Below are positions 50,849-64,000 of a stretch of DNA of 64,000 bases, piece by piece. The stretch is from positions 78,182,001 through 78,246,000 of the forward strand of contig OZ336875.1 of assembly GCA_965287045.1 (NCBI GenBank), read 5' to 3'. The position numbers and the translations under genes were made by a program. The notes beneath the pieces were generated by a model, which made no database searches, was not told where the DNA came from, and saw only the letters and a program-made list of their open reading frames with translations. The number at the start of each line of letters is the position of its first letter. Position 1 is the stretch's first letter. Origin of the DNA: Carcharhinus amblyrhynchos (lineage: Eukaryota).

Positions 50849-51487
50849 GGGTGGAACTTAATCCAGCCCTTTGAGTTTACTTGTTGCTCATTGAGGTGAT
50901 TCCCAACTCCAGAAAATTAACGCTGCTGGAAGCAGGGAATTTGCGTGTTTCATGTGGGGGCTGGCTAGCACATTTAAATAGGCAGGGCAGCTTGTGGACA
51001 CTGCTTCCAGCAGAAGTGCGAATCACTCTCACTTCCCCTCTAGCGGGAGCACTTAGTCTCAAAACAGGTCAATTGGGCCCTTAGTCATTTTTGGGGAAAA
51101 TTCTACACCATATGTCAGTCTTCCAGAGACAAAAAAAAACCTTCTGTGATTAAATCAGAGACTGCCCTGCACTCCCTACTGGGTTTGCCAGCAGCTACTG
51201 GAGTGGGCTGGGGACGTGCGTCCCCTTATTGTCAGGCACTCTGTGAATCGAGGGATTCACCATTGGGAAGACGGGGCCATTTGAAAACCATTCCCTGCCC
51301 CAACGACGCCCTACCCAACCCCCCTACCCCCTCAGACTCCTGCAACTTAGTTCTACTACATTTTTCACCTGAATCAAGGGGTCCAGAGTCAATCTCGAGA
51401 GCATTATTGGCAGCAGCCATTGCTGAGAGTGAAGATGCCAGCAGATCTTGATGGGAAGGGCCCACAAGGGGGTTATTAAACTCCACC
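50849..51487. mobile_element. MITE
   Basis: GGGTGGAACTTAAT...ATTAAACTCCACC termini. Confidence 0.55.
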
Positions 51488-51499
51488 ACATGTCTGTAC

Positions 51500-52240
51500 T
51501 ATCTGTCTGACAGAACAGTTGTGCTCAGTCCCACAGCCTCTTTTTGTGCCTATATCCATAAACGTTTCCCATCGTCGTGTGCCTATCAAATTTCCTTTCA
51601 AAATTATATATGGAATCAGTTTTCATCAACTTTGTAGAGAGCGTTCCAGATACTGACAGCTCTGAGTGAACTAAATTCTTCTCAGTCCCTCATTTTGCCA
51701 ATGATTTTGAATCTATGATCTCAGCTTTTTGACCCACTGACAGCAGAATGTTTTTCCCAATATTATCCCAATAACCACTATTAGATCATCCCTTAATTTT
51801 CTCAGTTACAAGGAGAAAGGTTCTAATTTGTTTCAACCTCTTCGTACAACTGAAATCCTTGATTCCTGCTAGCATTCTGATAAATCTTCACTGTGCCCTT
51901 TCTAAAGCCTTTACAAGTTTCCTGAAGTGTGGTGCCCAGAATAGATCACAGCACTGCAGCTGAGACCTAGCCAATCATTTATAATGTTCTAGCTTTTGTA
52001 TTTAATTCATCTATGTATAAACCAAAGTAATCCATATGCCATTTAAATCACCTTATCAACTTTCCCTACCACTTGTAAGAATTTGTGCATTGACATAAAA
52101 GTCTCCCTGCTGATTCACACTTTCCAACATGATGCCATTTACAAAATATTGTCTTTCTATATCCGTCCTCTCCAAGGGCATCACTTCACACTTTTGAACT
52201 CACTCGGCCATATTTCTGCCCATCGCTTCATCTTGTCTGC
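51500..52240 (-). mobile_element. Decayed CR1 3' part
   Basis: GTGGTGCCCAGAATAGATCACAGCACTGCAGC matches the LEYCVQFWAP region in reverse. Confidence 0.7.
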
Positions 52241-52286
52241 CATCAGGCAAACTAGAACTATTTTTAGAACTTTCTTGAATGGTGAT

Positions 52287-53400
52287 TGTAGCTGAATGGT
52301 CATGTGAGAACGTGTTGATGTGGCTACATAAGAGGTCACATGGCAGGAGCATGGGAGTTATCTCCAGGATCTTGGACAGAGCACAAGTGTTGCATATAGC
52401 TGTTGAGCTTGGGAATAAACTACTTTTGTTGTAAGTCCTTGATGTTGGTGACTTAAGGAACTCATAACATTCTACATAGTGTCAGAAGTTGGCAGTTTGG
52501 CAGAAAGACTTATCGACACTTTCGACTTCGATGAAAATATGCGGCTTGTTTTGAAAAGTCCCAGAAGGAGTGGCATATTTACTATCTCTGACAAGTCAAA
52601 GAAAGTACAGGCTTATACCCTATTAAACCTTGAGGACCCCAAGACTGTCAAAAAATTTGAGTCATTTGTTTTCCAGGCAAGAAGAAAAAGAAGAACCTAA
52701 GATAATCTTGAAACAGTTTGAGAACATTTGTCTTCTCGTCAAAAAGCTAATCCGTGACAGACAAGCATCCACTTCAACCAAAGAGCAAATTAGTCAATAC
52801 AATCTTACATGGCCACCCTAAAAATATTGTCAAAGAAATCTGCATTCAGAACTCTCGCTGAAGACCGAATCAGGGATTGAGTAGTTCGTGAAATAGATAA
52901 TGATTTAGTCCCAAAGCAGCTGCTGGAAAAAAAAGACTTAACGTTACAAGCAAGCATCAATATCTGTATGTTAAACAAATAACCTGAGAAACGAAGCAGA
53001 GATTTTAGGCAGGAAACCAAAGTATTTGCAGAACAAGGGTGTCCTGCTCCAACTGCAGCAATCAGCACTCACTGAAAAGAACAGCTTATTTTGCATATAG
53101 TAGAAGATGCACCAAATGCAGGAAATGGAACCACTTTGCTAAATGCTGTAAATCCTAACCACAGCAGCTCTCATCTGCCATCAGCAGTATGGCATCTTCC
53201 AGGGATAGGAGCATCATTAAGGTGAATGAATTGAAATTCAACTGAAACAGTGATGCTATAGGCCTCCAACAACACTCAATTGCAACAGTGTTGACAACAT
53301 CACAGCAAGGAGTGAGATCTTCGTTGTTCAGCGTAATTAACAGTAAAAGTCAAGATTGATACTGGACTGAAGGACAATGTACTATCCAGCCTTGATTTTT
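52287..53400 (+). mobile_element. Gypsy remnant: 5' LTR (52287-52476), PBS, gag-protease
   Basis: TGTAG...CTACA LTR; PBS TAGTGTCAGAAGT (cf. tRNA-Leu-type TGGTGTCAGAAGT); SDKSKKVQAYTLLNL, EDRIRD, CTKCRKWNHFAKCC knuckle, VKIDTG protease. Confidence 0.85.
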
Positions 53401-53409
53401 AAAAATTTG

Positions 53410-53645
53410 CGTTATGCTTTACAAATGCCTTCATGGCCTCACTTCTTTCTATCTCTATAAAGTCCTTCTGTTGTGAAATCCAGAAGTATCTACACTCAAC
53501 TAATTCTGTTCCCTTGAACATCCCTCATTTTAATTGCTCACCATTGGGAGCTGTTGAGCTGCTCAGACTCTAAGCTCCAGAATCATTCCCTAAGTTTCTC
53601 CTCCTCTCTATCACTCATTCCTCCTATAAGGTACACCTTAAAATG
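53410..53645 (+). mobile_element. L2 3' end fragment
   Basis: CTAAGCTCCAGAATCATTCCCTAAGTTTCTCC...CCTTAAAA resembles the L2 C-terminal LWNxLP...LKT region. Confidence 0.55.
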
Positions 53646-53989
53646 CACAGTATCATTACCAACTCAAATTTGACAAAGAGCCACATAAAGAGATATTGGC
53701 CTGGATTGTGCTGTGATAATGATGGTGAAGCTGTTAGCATTCACTGTCATTGTACTGGCAAGATGCCCAGCAACTTTCAGAGCGTGCACTGTAGCAATCA
53801 AATGTCAAAGTTGCGGTGAGCCATACTATGTTTCTCTAGAGGCTTTGTTATTGCAGTTGCTGACCCCAGAATTGAAAGGAAAGAAATGACATTGGTGAAA
53901 TTTGGGCTGACTAAGTATTTCCGTTACAACATTTTACAGCTGGTGTTGCTAGCTGGAATTACCCTCTGGATCATTGTGCAAATAATGTT

Positions 53990-55116
53990 TAAAAACCGAA
54001 CTAATAGGGCATTCTCATTCAACGTGTTGGGTCAACAACTTACCACCCAGTATGAAACGGGTTAGCAGAACCTGCTGTGCAAATGAAGAAACAAGTAAAT
54101 AAGCCTCTACCTTTATGTATCATCAGCTTTTTGTTGTCTTGCAACAATTCGCCAAATGTGAACAAGGGGGTCACATTAATCAGCTGCTAATGGGACATCG
54201 TTTAAGGACACGTTTGGATATGATATTCCCAGATTTGGTGGGGAGGGTGGAGGCTAGGCTAGTTTCTCAGAAAGAAAACCACAACTCAAGGAATAACCAC
54301 AGAGTTTTCCAAGATGCGGATTTAGTCATGGTCAGAAATTTTGCAACAAGGCTGGCATGAGTGGCTAATAAGATCATGGAAAGGGCAGGGCTGGTCACCT
54401 GTATACGGTGATGTAGAGCTGTCACATCAACAAATATGTAGAGCACCTGAGGAGGCGAGTAGTGCCTGATACAAGGGACCAACAGGTGACTCCAACAATA
54501 CATGGAGATCCACCTATAATGGGAATGGGGATCCAGGTTTAAATGTGGAACTGGAGCATGCAGTAGTTTCTATATCTGAGGATACAGCAGCTACCAGCGA
54601 AGAACTAGACCCTGGGTGGATGAATTTGCCGTTTGCCTCGGCCAGACCTGATTTTTTATTTCCAGATTAACCAAGCTCGGAGTTGAAACATTCTACTGGA
54701 GCTTAGAAGTCGCAAGATTGATTAAACTTATGACAAGGTGCCATTGGGATTTCCCTGTTTTTCTGTAAATTGTTGCTTATGTTAATGATGTTTTGTTTTT
54801 CCTTACGTGACTTCAGGAATTGGGGAGGGGGAGGAAGGAGTGTGGTAGGTAGCATGGCCCCTTTAAGGGGGTGTTTTCTGAGGGTGACATGTTCGGGCTG
54901 GACCCCATGATGTTCGAGGTGGGAAGGTTAGCTAATTGAGTACAAAGGCATGTATCCTGGGTCAGGGAGGATTGGTAGTTGGCGCCAAGGAGGAGGAGCA
55001 GTGTGCAGTTGCGTTGTTATTCTGTCAGACCATATTTATATATATGATTAATTGTTGTGTTGGCAATAAAGCCTTTTTGTTCTGAAGTCTCATTGAGTTG
55101 CCTTCGACTTATTACA
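53990..55116 (+). mobile_element. Gypsy remnant: integrase C-terminus, PPT and 3' LTR (54841-55116)
   Basis: YHP..NGLAE, LLMGHRLRTRLDMIFPDL, FQDADLVMVRNF; purine tract 54822-54840 directly before TG; LTR ends ACA. Confidence 0.85.
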
Positions 55117-55119
55117 GCA

Positions 55120-55850
55120 GGACAATATAAAATGAAGGAAACAGTTCTAAAAGGAGTGCAAAAGCAGAGGAAACTGGGTGTGTGCATGTATAAGACATTG
55201 AAGGTGTCAGGGCAGATTGAGTGTGACGTATAAAGCATCCTAGGTTTTATGGATTTGAGGCATAGAGGACAAAAGCAAAGAGATTATGTTAAACTCATTA
55301 AAGCACTTATTTAGCCTTAACTAGAGTATTGAATCCAATGTTGGAGACCCCACCGCAGGAAAGACATGAAGGCATTAGAGAGTGTAGAAAAGATTCACAA
55401 GAATAGCTCTAGGGATGAGGAGTTTTATTTATGCAGATAAATTGGAGAAGTTGGGACTGTTTCTCTTGGAGAGAAGATGATTGAGAGGAAAGTTGATAGA
55501 AGTATTCAAAATCATGAGGAGTCTGAACAGACTAGATAAGGAAAAATTATTCCCATTCATGGAGGAATCAAGGATAAGTGGATTTTAAGATAATTGACAA
55601 AATAAGCAATAATGACGTGAAGAGAAGCCTTTTCATGAGGTGAGTGGTTAAGATCTAGGATGCAATATCTGAGTGTGAGGGCGACAGCTTCAATTCAAGA
55701 GGGAATTAGGTTAGTATCTAAAATGGAAGAACGTGCATGGCTGCAGGGAGAAAGAGGAAAAGTGGCACTAGGTGAATTGGCCATTTGAAGAGCTGGCACA
55801 GATGCAACAGGTTAAATGGTCTCCTGCGCAGAAACAATTTTGTGAATCCC
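55120..55850 (+). mobile_element. Decayed CR1 3' part
   Basis: LEY*IQCWRPHRRKDMKALE and LEKLGLFLLE-like translation. Confidence 0.75.
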
Positions 55851-56629
55851 TTGATATTGCTCATGATAAATGCTTTTTATACATAATGTTGTCCTTCTTA
55901 TCAGCTATTTATTTTGTGTCCTCTTATGCACAGTTTTTCTTTCTGTACTATTTGAACTTATCTTGAAACTAGATGAAATAAGGAGTCATAAAATACCTAC
56001 ATATCAATGCTGCATTTGTGAACCTTGCAATGGTTCAGCTGCAACTCATAATATGGGCTTTGAATATCAGTAATCACTCCACAATGTCGCAGTTGAGACG
56101 TTGATCAGACATAACATGCCATCAAAGTATTCAAAGAAATGAATTACTACAACAGTATTGTCACTAGTACAGTGTCAACACACTGGGTGAACGTTGATTT
56201 GTGTTTGGATTTAGCACAGAGGACTGCAATGTCATTTTTTAATGTAAAGTAAAACATTAAAAAGGCAACAAAATTTTGGTTTTGTCAGGGAATAATGTAA
56301 ACTATTTTCTGGCTCTGTGTTTTTCTACTTAATACCCAATCCTAATAAAAAAATTGCAGGAAGCTCATTTGCTTTGTGTGTGTACATTGGCTGTTAACAA
56401 ATACAAACAGAGTGGTGTTTTAAATTTTTGGCTACGCCATTGATGTTAATTTGTCTCCTGTAACAGTTCATTTAATAATGTCCTAAGTTATTCTATCACT
56501 TCTGCAATGATGCATACTCAAACCCAATTTATGATGTGCAAATATCATTATTTTTGATCGCTGTTTTGTAATGAAAATTGGAATTTTTCTTTTTAATTTA
56601 TGAACTGCAGACCTTGAATAGAAATTGAT

Positions 56630-56915
56630 TTAATAATGCCTTATAATCTAGCTAGACCACATAAAGCATTGTCAGGTACTGGTCTCATCTGCCAAAATTG
56701 CTCATTATTCCAGGGTCTTCGGGGAATAGAAAGATAACATCTGGCTTCTTTCCACTACGACATCCACATTCTTAAACCCGCCTCCACTGTCCCTTTCACT
56801 CTCACCTCCAACAACAAATACAAAGAGCTCATGAAATTCTTTGTCGCTTAAGATTGAAACCATCTTCTGCTAACCTCCCTTTCCCTAGCCCAAACTCCCT
56901 CTAAAGCACTCGTTG
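56630..56915 (+). mobile_element. L2 ORF2 fragment
   Basis: LDHIKHC..L.SSAKIAHYS...LLST..LL.P motif of the L2 tether region. Confidence 0.5.
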
Positions 56916-56919
56916 GATA

Positions 56920-57297
56920 GCCTGCAGCACCTACCTGGCCTTCCTCTGGCGTCTGCCGGAGGAGGGGAGGCACAGGCTCAGATGGATCTCTGGTTGTGCG
57001 GGGGGAGGGGGGTACGGACTTGAGGGCATCTCCACCACCAACCTGCCCTCCCCCACCACCCCGGCTCTCTGCTGTTTTTTGTCTTTCGTGCCCGGGCGCA
57101 CTGTTCCAGTTTTTTCTCGAACGGCGCATGCGCAGTTCAGAGCTCTGATCATTCCGGCAGCAGTAAACCCTGCCCACAGCGTGGACCAGACCGGAGCCGG
57201 CAAAACGTGTATGGGCGTGCTGGAACGAGGATTCCGGGCTCGGGTCCGTTTTATGCCTGGATCCGGACTTAGCCTCCGATTGGGAAAATCTGGCCCC
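56920..57297. mobile_element. CpG-rich (young) MITE end
   Basis: Ends GGGAAAATCTGGCCCC; CGCATGCGCAG motif; CpGs retained. Confidence 0.65.
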
Positions 57298-57299
57298 TA

Positions 57300-60200
57300 G
57301 TGTCCATAAAAGGAGCAGCAAAATGCACATATAACCGCGCCCGAGGTCAACCAAGTCACTCCCACTGGTGGAAATGAACTGTAGGAGGCAGCGTTTGCTG
57401 CAATTGACGTTGATCACAACACCTTACTAGATTTTCTATATCTTTATCAGTGCCTGGTCATCAAATATAACTTTGTGTGAGAATTTTAGTTTTACCCAGA
57501 TCTGGGTGAGCATTGTGTAATTCCTGTAGCAATGCTCCTCCTGTTGAGCCAGGAACCACTGCTCTCGACCCCACAGTAACATTTCGTCCTCACAGCTCAG
57601 TTCGCTGGAGTTGGAAGGGTTCGAATGGTTCTGACATGTCAAAGTACCATCTATGGAAAACCATCTACTCTATTCTGGACAGGACTAGATCTCCTTGAGC
57701 CCAATTCCAAATCTTAATGACAATACCAGCAGTGTATCCAAGAAGTTGATGGCTAATATATTTCTTCTGATACTGAGGAGTATTATTCAAGGCAGTGGAA
57801 GGCGGCTTACAACATATGTACTCAATATTTAGATACCATGTAGTTGAAAGCTGTTAGAAGTAAAGTCCATTAATGGATCCTGAATGATGCAATAAGAGGA
57901 GTAGGCTAGTCTTTGAACATGAAGTGACACCTGTAAATAAACAGATGGAATTCTTAAACTCTGTCAATGATGGCTCATCATTCTTTTTCAATCTGGGAGC
58001 ATTTTCTCTCAACATTAGTTCAGGTTCTTGATGCAAAAGTGACAGGCCATTCTATGCCATCTTTGATTCTATGAGACAAAACTATCCCTATGTTGTTGTT
58101 GTTCGTCCATCAGCATCGATGAGGACTTCGACACCATTCGTCATTTTGAGGCTGGTTGCGACGTGTCCAAAGATGACCGATCAGGCCAATTTGGACACGG
58201 AATGTCCTGGTTCATATTGGACAGACTTGTGTAGACACTGTAGTTGTTGCACTGGTGGCTCTGGGCAGGTGGTGAGAACAGTGCTAACCACTGTGCCATA
58301 GTGCCACCCGGGAGTCATTTAGCCAATACAGTTTTCTAAAAGAGCTGCTCCCTTTATCCCCATATTGGAATTGGACAGAACAATCTGCATTTTTGGGGAC
58401 TAAACGTTATCTATCAATCAAGCAGCCAAGCTGGATAGATATCCAAAAATTGAGGATCGTTATGCAAAGCTCAAATAAGATCTAAGACATACACAACGAG
58501 ACATGAGCCATGCCTATTCGGTCCATCGAGTGTGCACCAACAACAGTCTCCCCCAGACCCTAACCCCATAAAATGTAGTTTTATTTGACGTAACCAATCT
58601 TGTCCCATGAGACAAGGCCTCTGGCCTTTTGCGACAATGTTCGTTTGTTGAGTAGACTGGTACTGATAAGTCACTGGCACACAGTTGCGGTTCCCAACAT
58701 TTTTAAGGTTTCCCCTCCTTCTATTTGGCCAATTGAATTGTTGAATTATTTAAATTTAGGGGTTGAACTTTGCCTTGAAGGTATTTAAATGTCTGCTCCC
58801 CAATGTTGGTAACAGAAATTGATATCCATGCTTAGTGGTTGCTCGCTTACTAAGGATCCAATATGCTACTTTTTACATGATTCAATTTGTATATCTCAGA
58901 TTCATTGTCCAAACCATGTTCTAAATTATGCACTGGAGTCCAGGTTTTTTTTTTGTTTAAGTCAGGTGTATTGCATTTGGCTCAGCACTTAATTAGATTA
59001 TGGTCTCTTTCATTGCAGCCAAAATAGATAGAATTCTGGAATTTACATTTTTTCCTGGAGGTGATCTACCCTGCACCTATAACATTTATCAGAATTTCTG
59101 GTTTGTTGACCGTTGTCTTTTTCTTCTATCCCTTGCCTTACTCAATGAGTTTTGCCTCTGTCTCTTCTGTGCACTCAATTCTGCCCTCCTGACTTAGCAT
59201 TCAAGGCAAAGTGCTGGCAAGAGGGATTAGCTGGATAGGTCAGGGCATTTCATGCATCAGTGCAGACTCGATGGGCTGAAGGGACTCTTCTGCACTGTAG
59301 TAATCTGTGATTCTGTAATGCTGTGACTTGCCAAGGTTTTCCACCAGAGCTGATTCACCGTACCTGAATGCATGCACTTTAACTCGAAAGTGCTTCTCTC
59401 TGCACTGTCAATTCCAGGCATTTTTTAAGGAAATCTTACCCTCTGCCAATAGCTTTTTTTGAATGTTTAAGTTAATTAAGCTGCAAACTAATCTGTCTTG
59501 CAGCATGTCACCAAATGATGGTCCAAAATTGCATGGCTCTGTCAATTTTCTCAATTTTCTCCGTCTTGCCATATATGCAGGTGCAGCAGGTGGTCAGGAA
59601 GGCGAATGGGATGCTGGCCTTCATAGCGAAGGGGATTGATTATAAAAGTAGGGAGGTCTTGCTGCAGCTGTATAGGGCATTGGTGAGGCCGCAACTGGAG
59701 TACCGTGTGCATTTTTGGGCGCCGCACCTGCGCAAAGATATTTTGGCCTTGGAGGGAGTGCAGAGGAGGTTTACTAGGCTGATACCGGAGTTGAGGCGGT
59801 TGAGCTATGAGGAGAGGCTGAATAAACTGGGCTTGTACTCGTTAGAGTTTAGAAGAATGAGAGGAGATCTCATTGAGACGTATAAGATGATGAATGGGAT
59901 GGATAGGATAGAGGTGGAAAGACTCTTCCCGCTCAAAAAAGACAATAGGACTAGGGGGCACAGCCTCAAGATAAAAGGGGGGCGGTTTAGAACGGAGTTG
60001 AGGAGGAACTTCTTCACTCAAAGGGTGGTGAATCTCTGGAATTCTCTGCCCGTTGAAGTGGTGGAGGCTGCCTCGCTAAGTATTTTTAAGACGCGGGTTG
60101 ATGGGTTTTTGATAGGAGAGGGGATTAAGGGTTATGGGGAGAGGGCGGGAAAGTGGAACTGAGCAGCGACAGATCAGCCATGATCTTATTGAATGGCGGG

Positions 60201-61121
60201 GCAGGCTCGAAGGGCTGGATGGCCTACTCCTGCTCCTATTTCTTATGTTCTTATGTTGTAATTGTCTCCCTTACAAAAGTGTTGAACCTAAAATGCTGCA
60301 TGATGACAGATGGTCTCTGCTTATAATGATTCTTTACCAAAGTTACAAGCTGGTCAAAAGCCTTAAGCTGAAATTCTTCAACCTCGGCCTGCGATTGGGA
60401 TTCTTCAGTCCTGCACTGTGAACAGAGATTTGGCTGAGTGCCCCAAATTCTGCATTCTCCCTGGCAGCAGTAGCAGGGCATATGAGACTGGAGAATTCCA
60501 GCACTAGAATTTGCAGTTTCTGGGATGTTAAATTTCTAATAAGATTATTAGTTTGAGGTCCATATAGCGCAAGCAGATTGACTTTTTACTTGTCTACTCC
60601 TGTAATTTCATTAGAGGTAAAGAAATAGTGGAGCCTTTCAATATACTGGATCCAGTGTTCCAACTCTGGGTCAAAAGGATCATTTTTTCCCAAAAGCGTT
60701 TTTACTTACTTACTGTTGTTGCAGAGATTATTTTATACAGTAGCCAGCGTTTTTCTTCTTGGATTCCAGGAGTGGGTGACTGCAGTCCTGATTTAACCCA
60801 TTGTTGTGTGATAATTGTAAGGCTCTAAAATTACTTGGTGAAAATTAATTCAATTATTTATTCAAAGCGAACTGTATACAACAAAGACTCCCGAGGGTCA
60901 GCTGCGAGGGGTCAACTGTCAGGAGTCTACCACTGTTCTCCCACCACTGCAATGCAAGCTTGGGCTCTACCACTGCAGAATAGGATTTTGGAATCACATT
61001 CAACTGTCACTCTGTGCTCTCAGACTCACAGACTACTGCCGCCCTGCGCTCTTGAATCAATGCTTAACCATCACGTATCACACTCTGCCATGATACCATA
61101 TCAACCATCACCCCCATAACA
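57300..61121 (-). mobile_element. Long decayed Gypsy element (5' LTR 60816-61121, gag, PR, RT, RH, INT) with nested insertions
   Basis: DPFDPELEHWIQYIERL, KNHYKQRPSVIMQHFRF, DMLQDRLVC (gag); GQRPCLMGQDWL; PVTFASRT...SQIEKE (RH); ELHNAHPD...DIENLV (INT zinc finger). LTR TGT...ACA. Confidence 0.85.
59576..60257 (+). mobile_element. Young 5'-truncated CR1 LINE
   Basis: Open ORF to the natural stop (...GYGERAGKWN*), 3' UTR and TTCTTATG tail. Near-identical to the 19380 copy; sits inside Gypsy gag. Confidence 0.97.
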
Positions 61122-61124
61122 TTC

Positions 61125-61800
61125 AATTGTCGCTAAATCCCCCACTATCAACATGTCGGGGGTTACCATTGACCAGAAAGTCAGCTAGATTAGCCAAATA
61201 AATACTAGGCTGTAAGAGCAGGTCAGAGGCTAGAAATCCTGCAGTTAGTAGTAGCGCACCTCCTGACTCTCCAAAGCTTGTCCACCATCTACAAGCCACA
61301 AGTCAGGAGTGTGATGGAATATTCTCCAATTGCCTGGGTGAGTGTTGTTGGAGCTGCACTCAAAACCATCCAAGACAAAACTGCCCACTTGATTGGCATC
61401 CCTTCCAGAAGCATTCAATCCCTACTCCAACATTGAACAGCAACAGCAGTGTGTATGACCTACAAGAAGTACTGTGGGAGCTCACTAAGGCTCCTTAGAT
61501 AGCACCTCCCAAACCTATGACTGCAACAATATAGAAGGACAAAGGCAACAGAGACATGGGAACACCACCATTTGGAAGTTCCCTTCAAACCACTCACCAT
61601 CCTATATATTGCCATTTCTTCACTGTAACCGGGCCAAAATCTTGGAATCCCCTCCCTATCAGTACTGTGGGTCTGCCTGTACCACATGGTCTGCACTGGT
61701 TCAAAAAGACAGCTCACCACCACTTTCTCAAGGGCAATTAGGGATAGGCAATAAATGCTGGCTGAGCCAGCAACACCTACATCTGTAAGTGAATTAAAAA
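61125..61800 (+). mobile_element. CR1/L2-group LINE 3' remnant
   Basis: GVTIDQK, TIYKPQVRSVMEYSPIAW; 3' end GGCAATAAATGCTGG...; same family as 13480-15530. Confidence 0.8.
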
Positions 61801-62673
61801 CTGCCCAGAACTGATTACTAGTGAGCAAAATGCACTCTATTATCTTCCTGGTCCTCCTTGAGTGTCTGGCTGTAACTCTTTTGTCTGCTTTCTCACTCCT
61901 GTGCTGTGGGGTGAGCACCTCCAGAAACATGATATCCACGCAGCCCTCAGCCTCATGCTATCAGCTGCTGCTGAAGCTCCAAAGCCCAGGGTTCAAGATT
62001 GTTCAGCAGATGACATTTCCCCTACAGATGGTTGTCTAGGAAACGAAAGATTCTGGAGTTCCAATTAGAACAGGATGTATATTCTAAGGAACTGAAATAC
62101 ACTGACATTTCTCTATTTTTTAGAATATTGATTAACTTAAAAATAAATGTAATATTTAAATAAACACTCACCAGCTCCTCCTCTTCTGCTGTTGTCACCT
62201 TATTTCACAGGTAGGTTAACTTAAATGTTTTACTTAACTCATATTATTGATATGTCTTAAATTTTAATTTAATGGAAGTTAAGAATTCTTTAATGTTACT
62301 GTCTCTCTTTATTTGATTTTAACTAGATCTGCCTGGATCTGTTAAGAACTGATTGTACATTGTTTAATTCTCATTTAACTACAAAGAATAAAATACTCTT
62401 TTATACACTTGGCTAGCAATTTTCAATATTTTTTAAATGACCTAGTATCCATTGCTTTTTGTGTGAAAGAGTTTCACTTATCAACCACCCTTTGTGTGAT
62501 GAAATGTTTCTTAATCTTTCTCCTTATTGGCCTACCTCTGATCTTAAGGTTCTGTTCCCTTGACGTAGAATACTCCACCAGTGGAAAAAGTTTTTTTCTA
62601 TCCACCTTATCAATTTCTTTCAAAATCTTAAATACTCACTACGCTGTTGATTATAACAACAATTTTTGAGTGA

Positions 62674-62900
62674 GGGTTGGTTTAGCTTAGTTGGTTGGGT
62701 GGCTGGTTAGTGATGCAAAGCAACAGCAAGGCTTCAATTCCTGTTACCAGCTGAGCTTATTCATAAAAGTCCCACCTTCTCAGTCTTGCCCCTCACCTGA
62801 GGTGAGGTGATCCTCAAGTTAAATCATCCCTAGTCCGCTCTGCCACTCAAAAGGACTAGCAGCCTATGATCATCTGGGACTAATGGCAACTTTACCTTCA
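62674..62900 (+). mobile_element. tRNA-derived SINE
   Basis: A box TAGCTTAGTTGG, B box GGCTTCAATTCC, ~220 bp ending GGCAACTTTACC. Confidence 0.65.
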
Positions 62901-63649
62901 ATTTTTGAGTCGATGCCGAACTTGAATTATGGCTCTCACTTGTATTATTTATGTCACTGATAAAACATAATGAATCATTTAATGCTGCAGCACAGATCTT
63001 TGGCTATCATTTTGCACAGGACTGAAGTCTTTCTTCCCCCACCCCGCAACGCCTCCAGTGTAAATGTTGGGACAAGCCTATCCTTGCTCTGCCAGTTCGA
63101 ATCGCAGCTTTTTACCAGCTGGCAGGCTATTTACTGGGATTAATGTGGGACTTTGACCCCCAAGTGGGGAGGAAGCATGCCCTCTGTGAACTGCTGGACA
63201 ATCAAATGGCCAATGGCTTTCTGCTCTTAGCAGTGCCACCCTAACGATGGCCATTGATGGGACTACATCCAATCCCTATCAGCAACCGTCAATGAGGCCT
63301 GAGATGAAGGTAAGGGGTGAGGGCATCACCAGAGCCAGACTGGCAGGCCCGAGGGGAGGGGGAGAATGAGGGGGTGGAGAGCAGAATAGGACTGACTCTT
63401 TTAGAGAACAGATGTAGACCGGATGGGCAGAATGGCCTCCTTCTGTGCTTTAAAGATTCTGTGATTCTGGACAGGTCAGAGTAATGGGAAATGTGGAATG
63501 GGAGACAATTCCTTTGGGCGGTGGACAATTGGATCAAGGGGTCCATAAAGGAGGTAACCCTAATTGCTGCCTATTACAAGCCTGAGCAGGTAAAACTATC
63601 ATATTTCGCATTTGACACTGGTCTCCAACCACCATGGGAAAAATTGCAG

Positions 63650-64000
63650 CGATGCAGGAAGATGCCCTTAAATGACTATCAATTGTCACTGCCCTCTATC
63701 TTCTACTGATCAACCAATCTCCTAACCAGATAAATAATTTGCCTTCAATTCCTTAACTTTTAGTTTTATCTACCAGCCTGTATCATGGAAACTTCTCAAG
63801 CCTATGTAATTTACTTCCACAAATAGTTCTCTGATTACTACAATAGTAATTACCCAAAAATGTAATTGGTTTTGTTCGGCATGACCTACCTATTACAAAT
63901 TCACACTGGCTCTCTCTAAGTAGCTCAAATTTCTCAAGTCACTCTCCTTAACGATAGATTCTAACAACCCTCTGACAACAGAAAGTTCTTGGTTTTTCTC
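63650..64000 (-). mobile_element. Decayed CR1 RT fragment
   Basis: Collinear with 44900-45260 (CTGCCCTCTATCTTCT..., ATAGATTCTAACAA). Confidence 0.6.

Overview
Eukaryotic, repeat-dense DNA (intergenic or deep intronic) with no recognisable intact host gene, rRNA, tRNA or CRISPR array. The repeat content points to a cartilaginous fish, probably a shark (inferred from HE1-type SINE tails, SacSINE1/DeuSINE-type SINEs, and CR1 and Penelope families recalled from shark genomes). Most of the window is nested transposon debris: two young CR1 LINE copies (19380-20639 minus, 59576-60257 plus), older CR1, L2, RTE, Tx1 and Vingi-like LINE remnants, several Gypsy LTR remnants, a Copia remnant, a hAT transposase fragment, many GGG...CCC-terminated MITEs with 3-bp TSDs, and Penelope-like elements carrying minimal hammerhead ribozyme motifs. 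Best leads: (1) a complete ~300-bp retroposon with a U2 snRNA 5' head, a second internal U2-like stem-loop, tandem hairpins, an A-tail and a perfect 14-bp TSD (427-730); (2) a decayed three-exon gene resembling the P2X7 C-terminal ballast (KolX/nanor-like) domain (39128-39620); (3) a foldback Penelope insertion with a 13-bp TSD, and an intact hammerhead core in another copy; (4) an old local duplication of a composite MITE-CR1-flank unit. Family assignments come from recalled motifs, not database searches, and the boundaries of decayed repeats are approximate.
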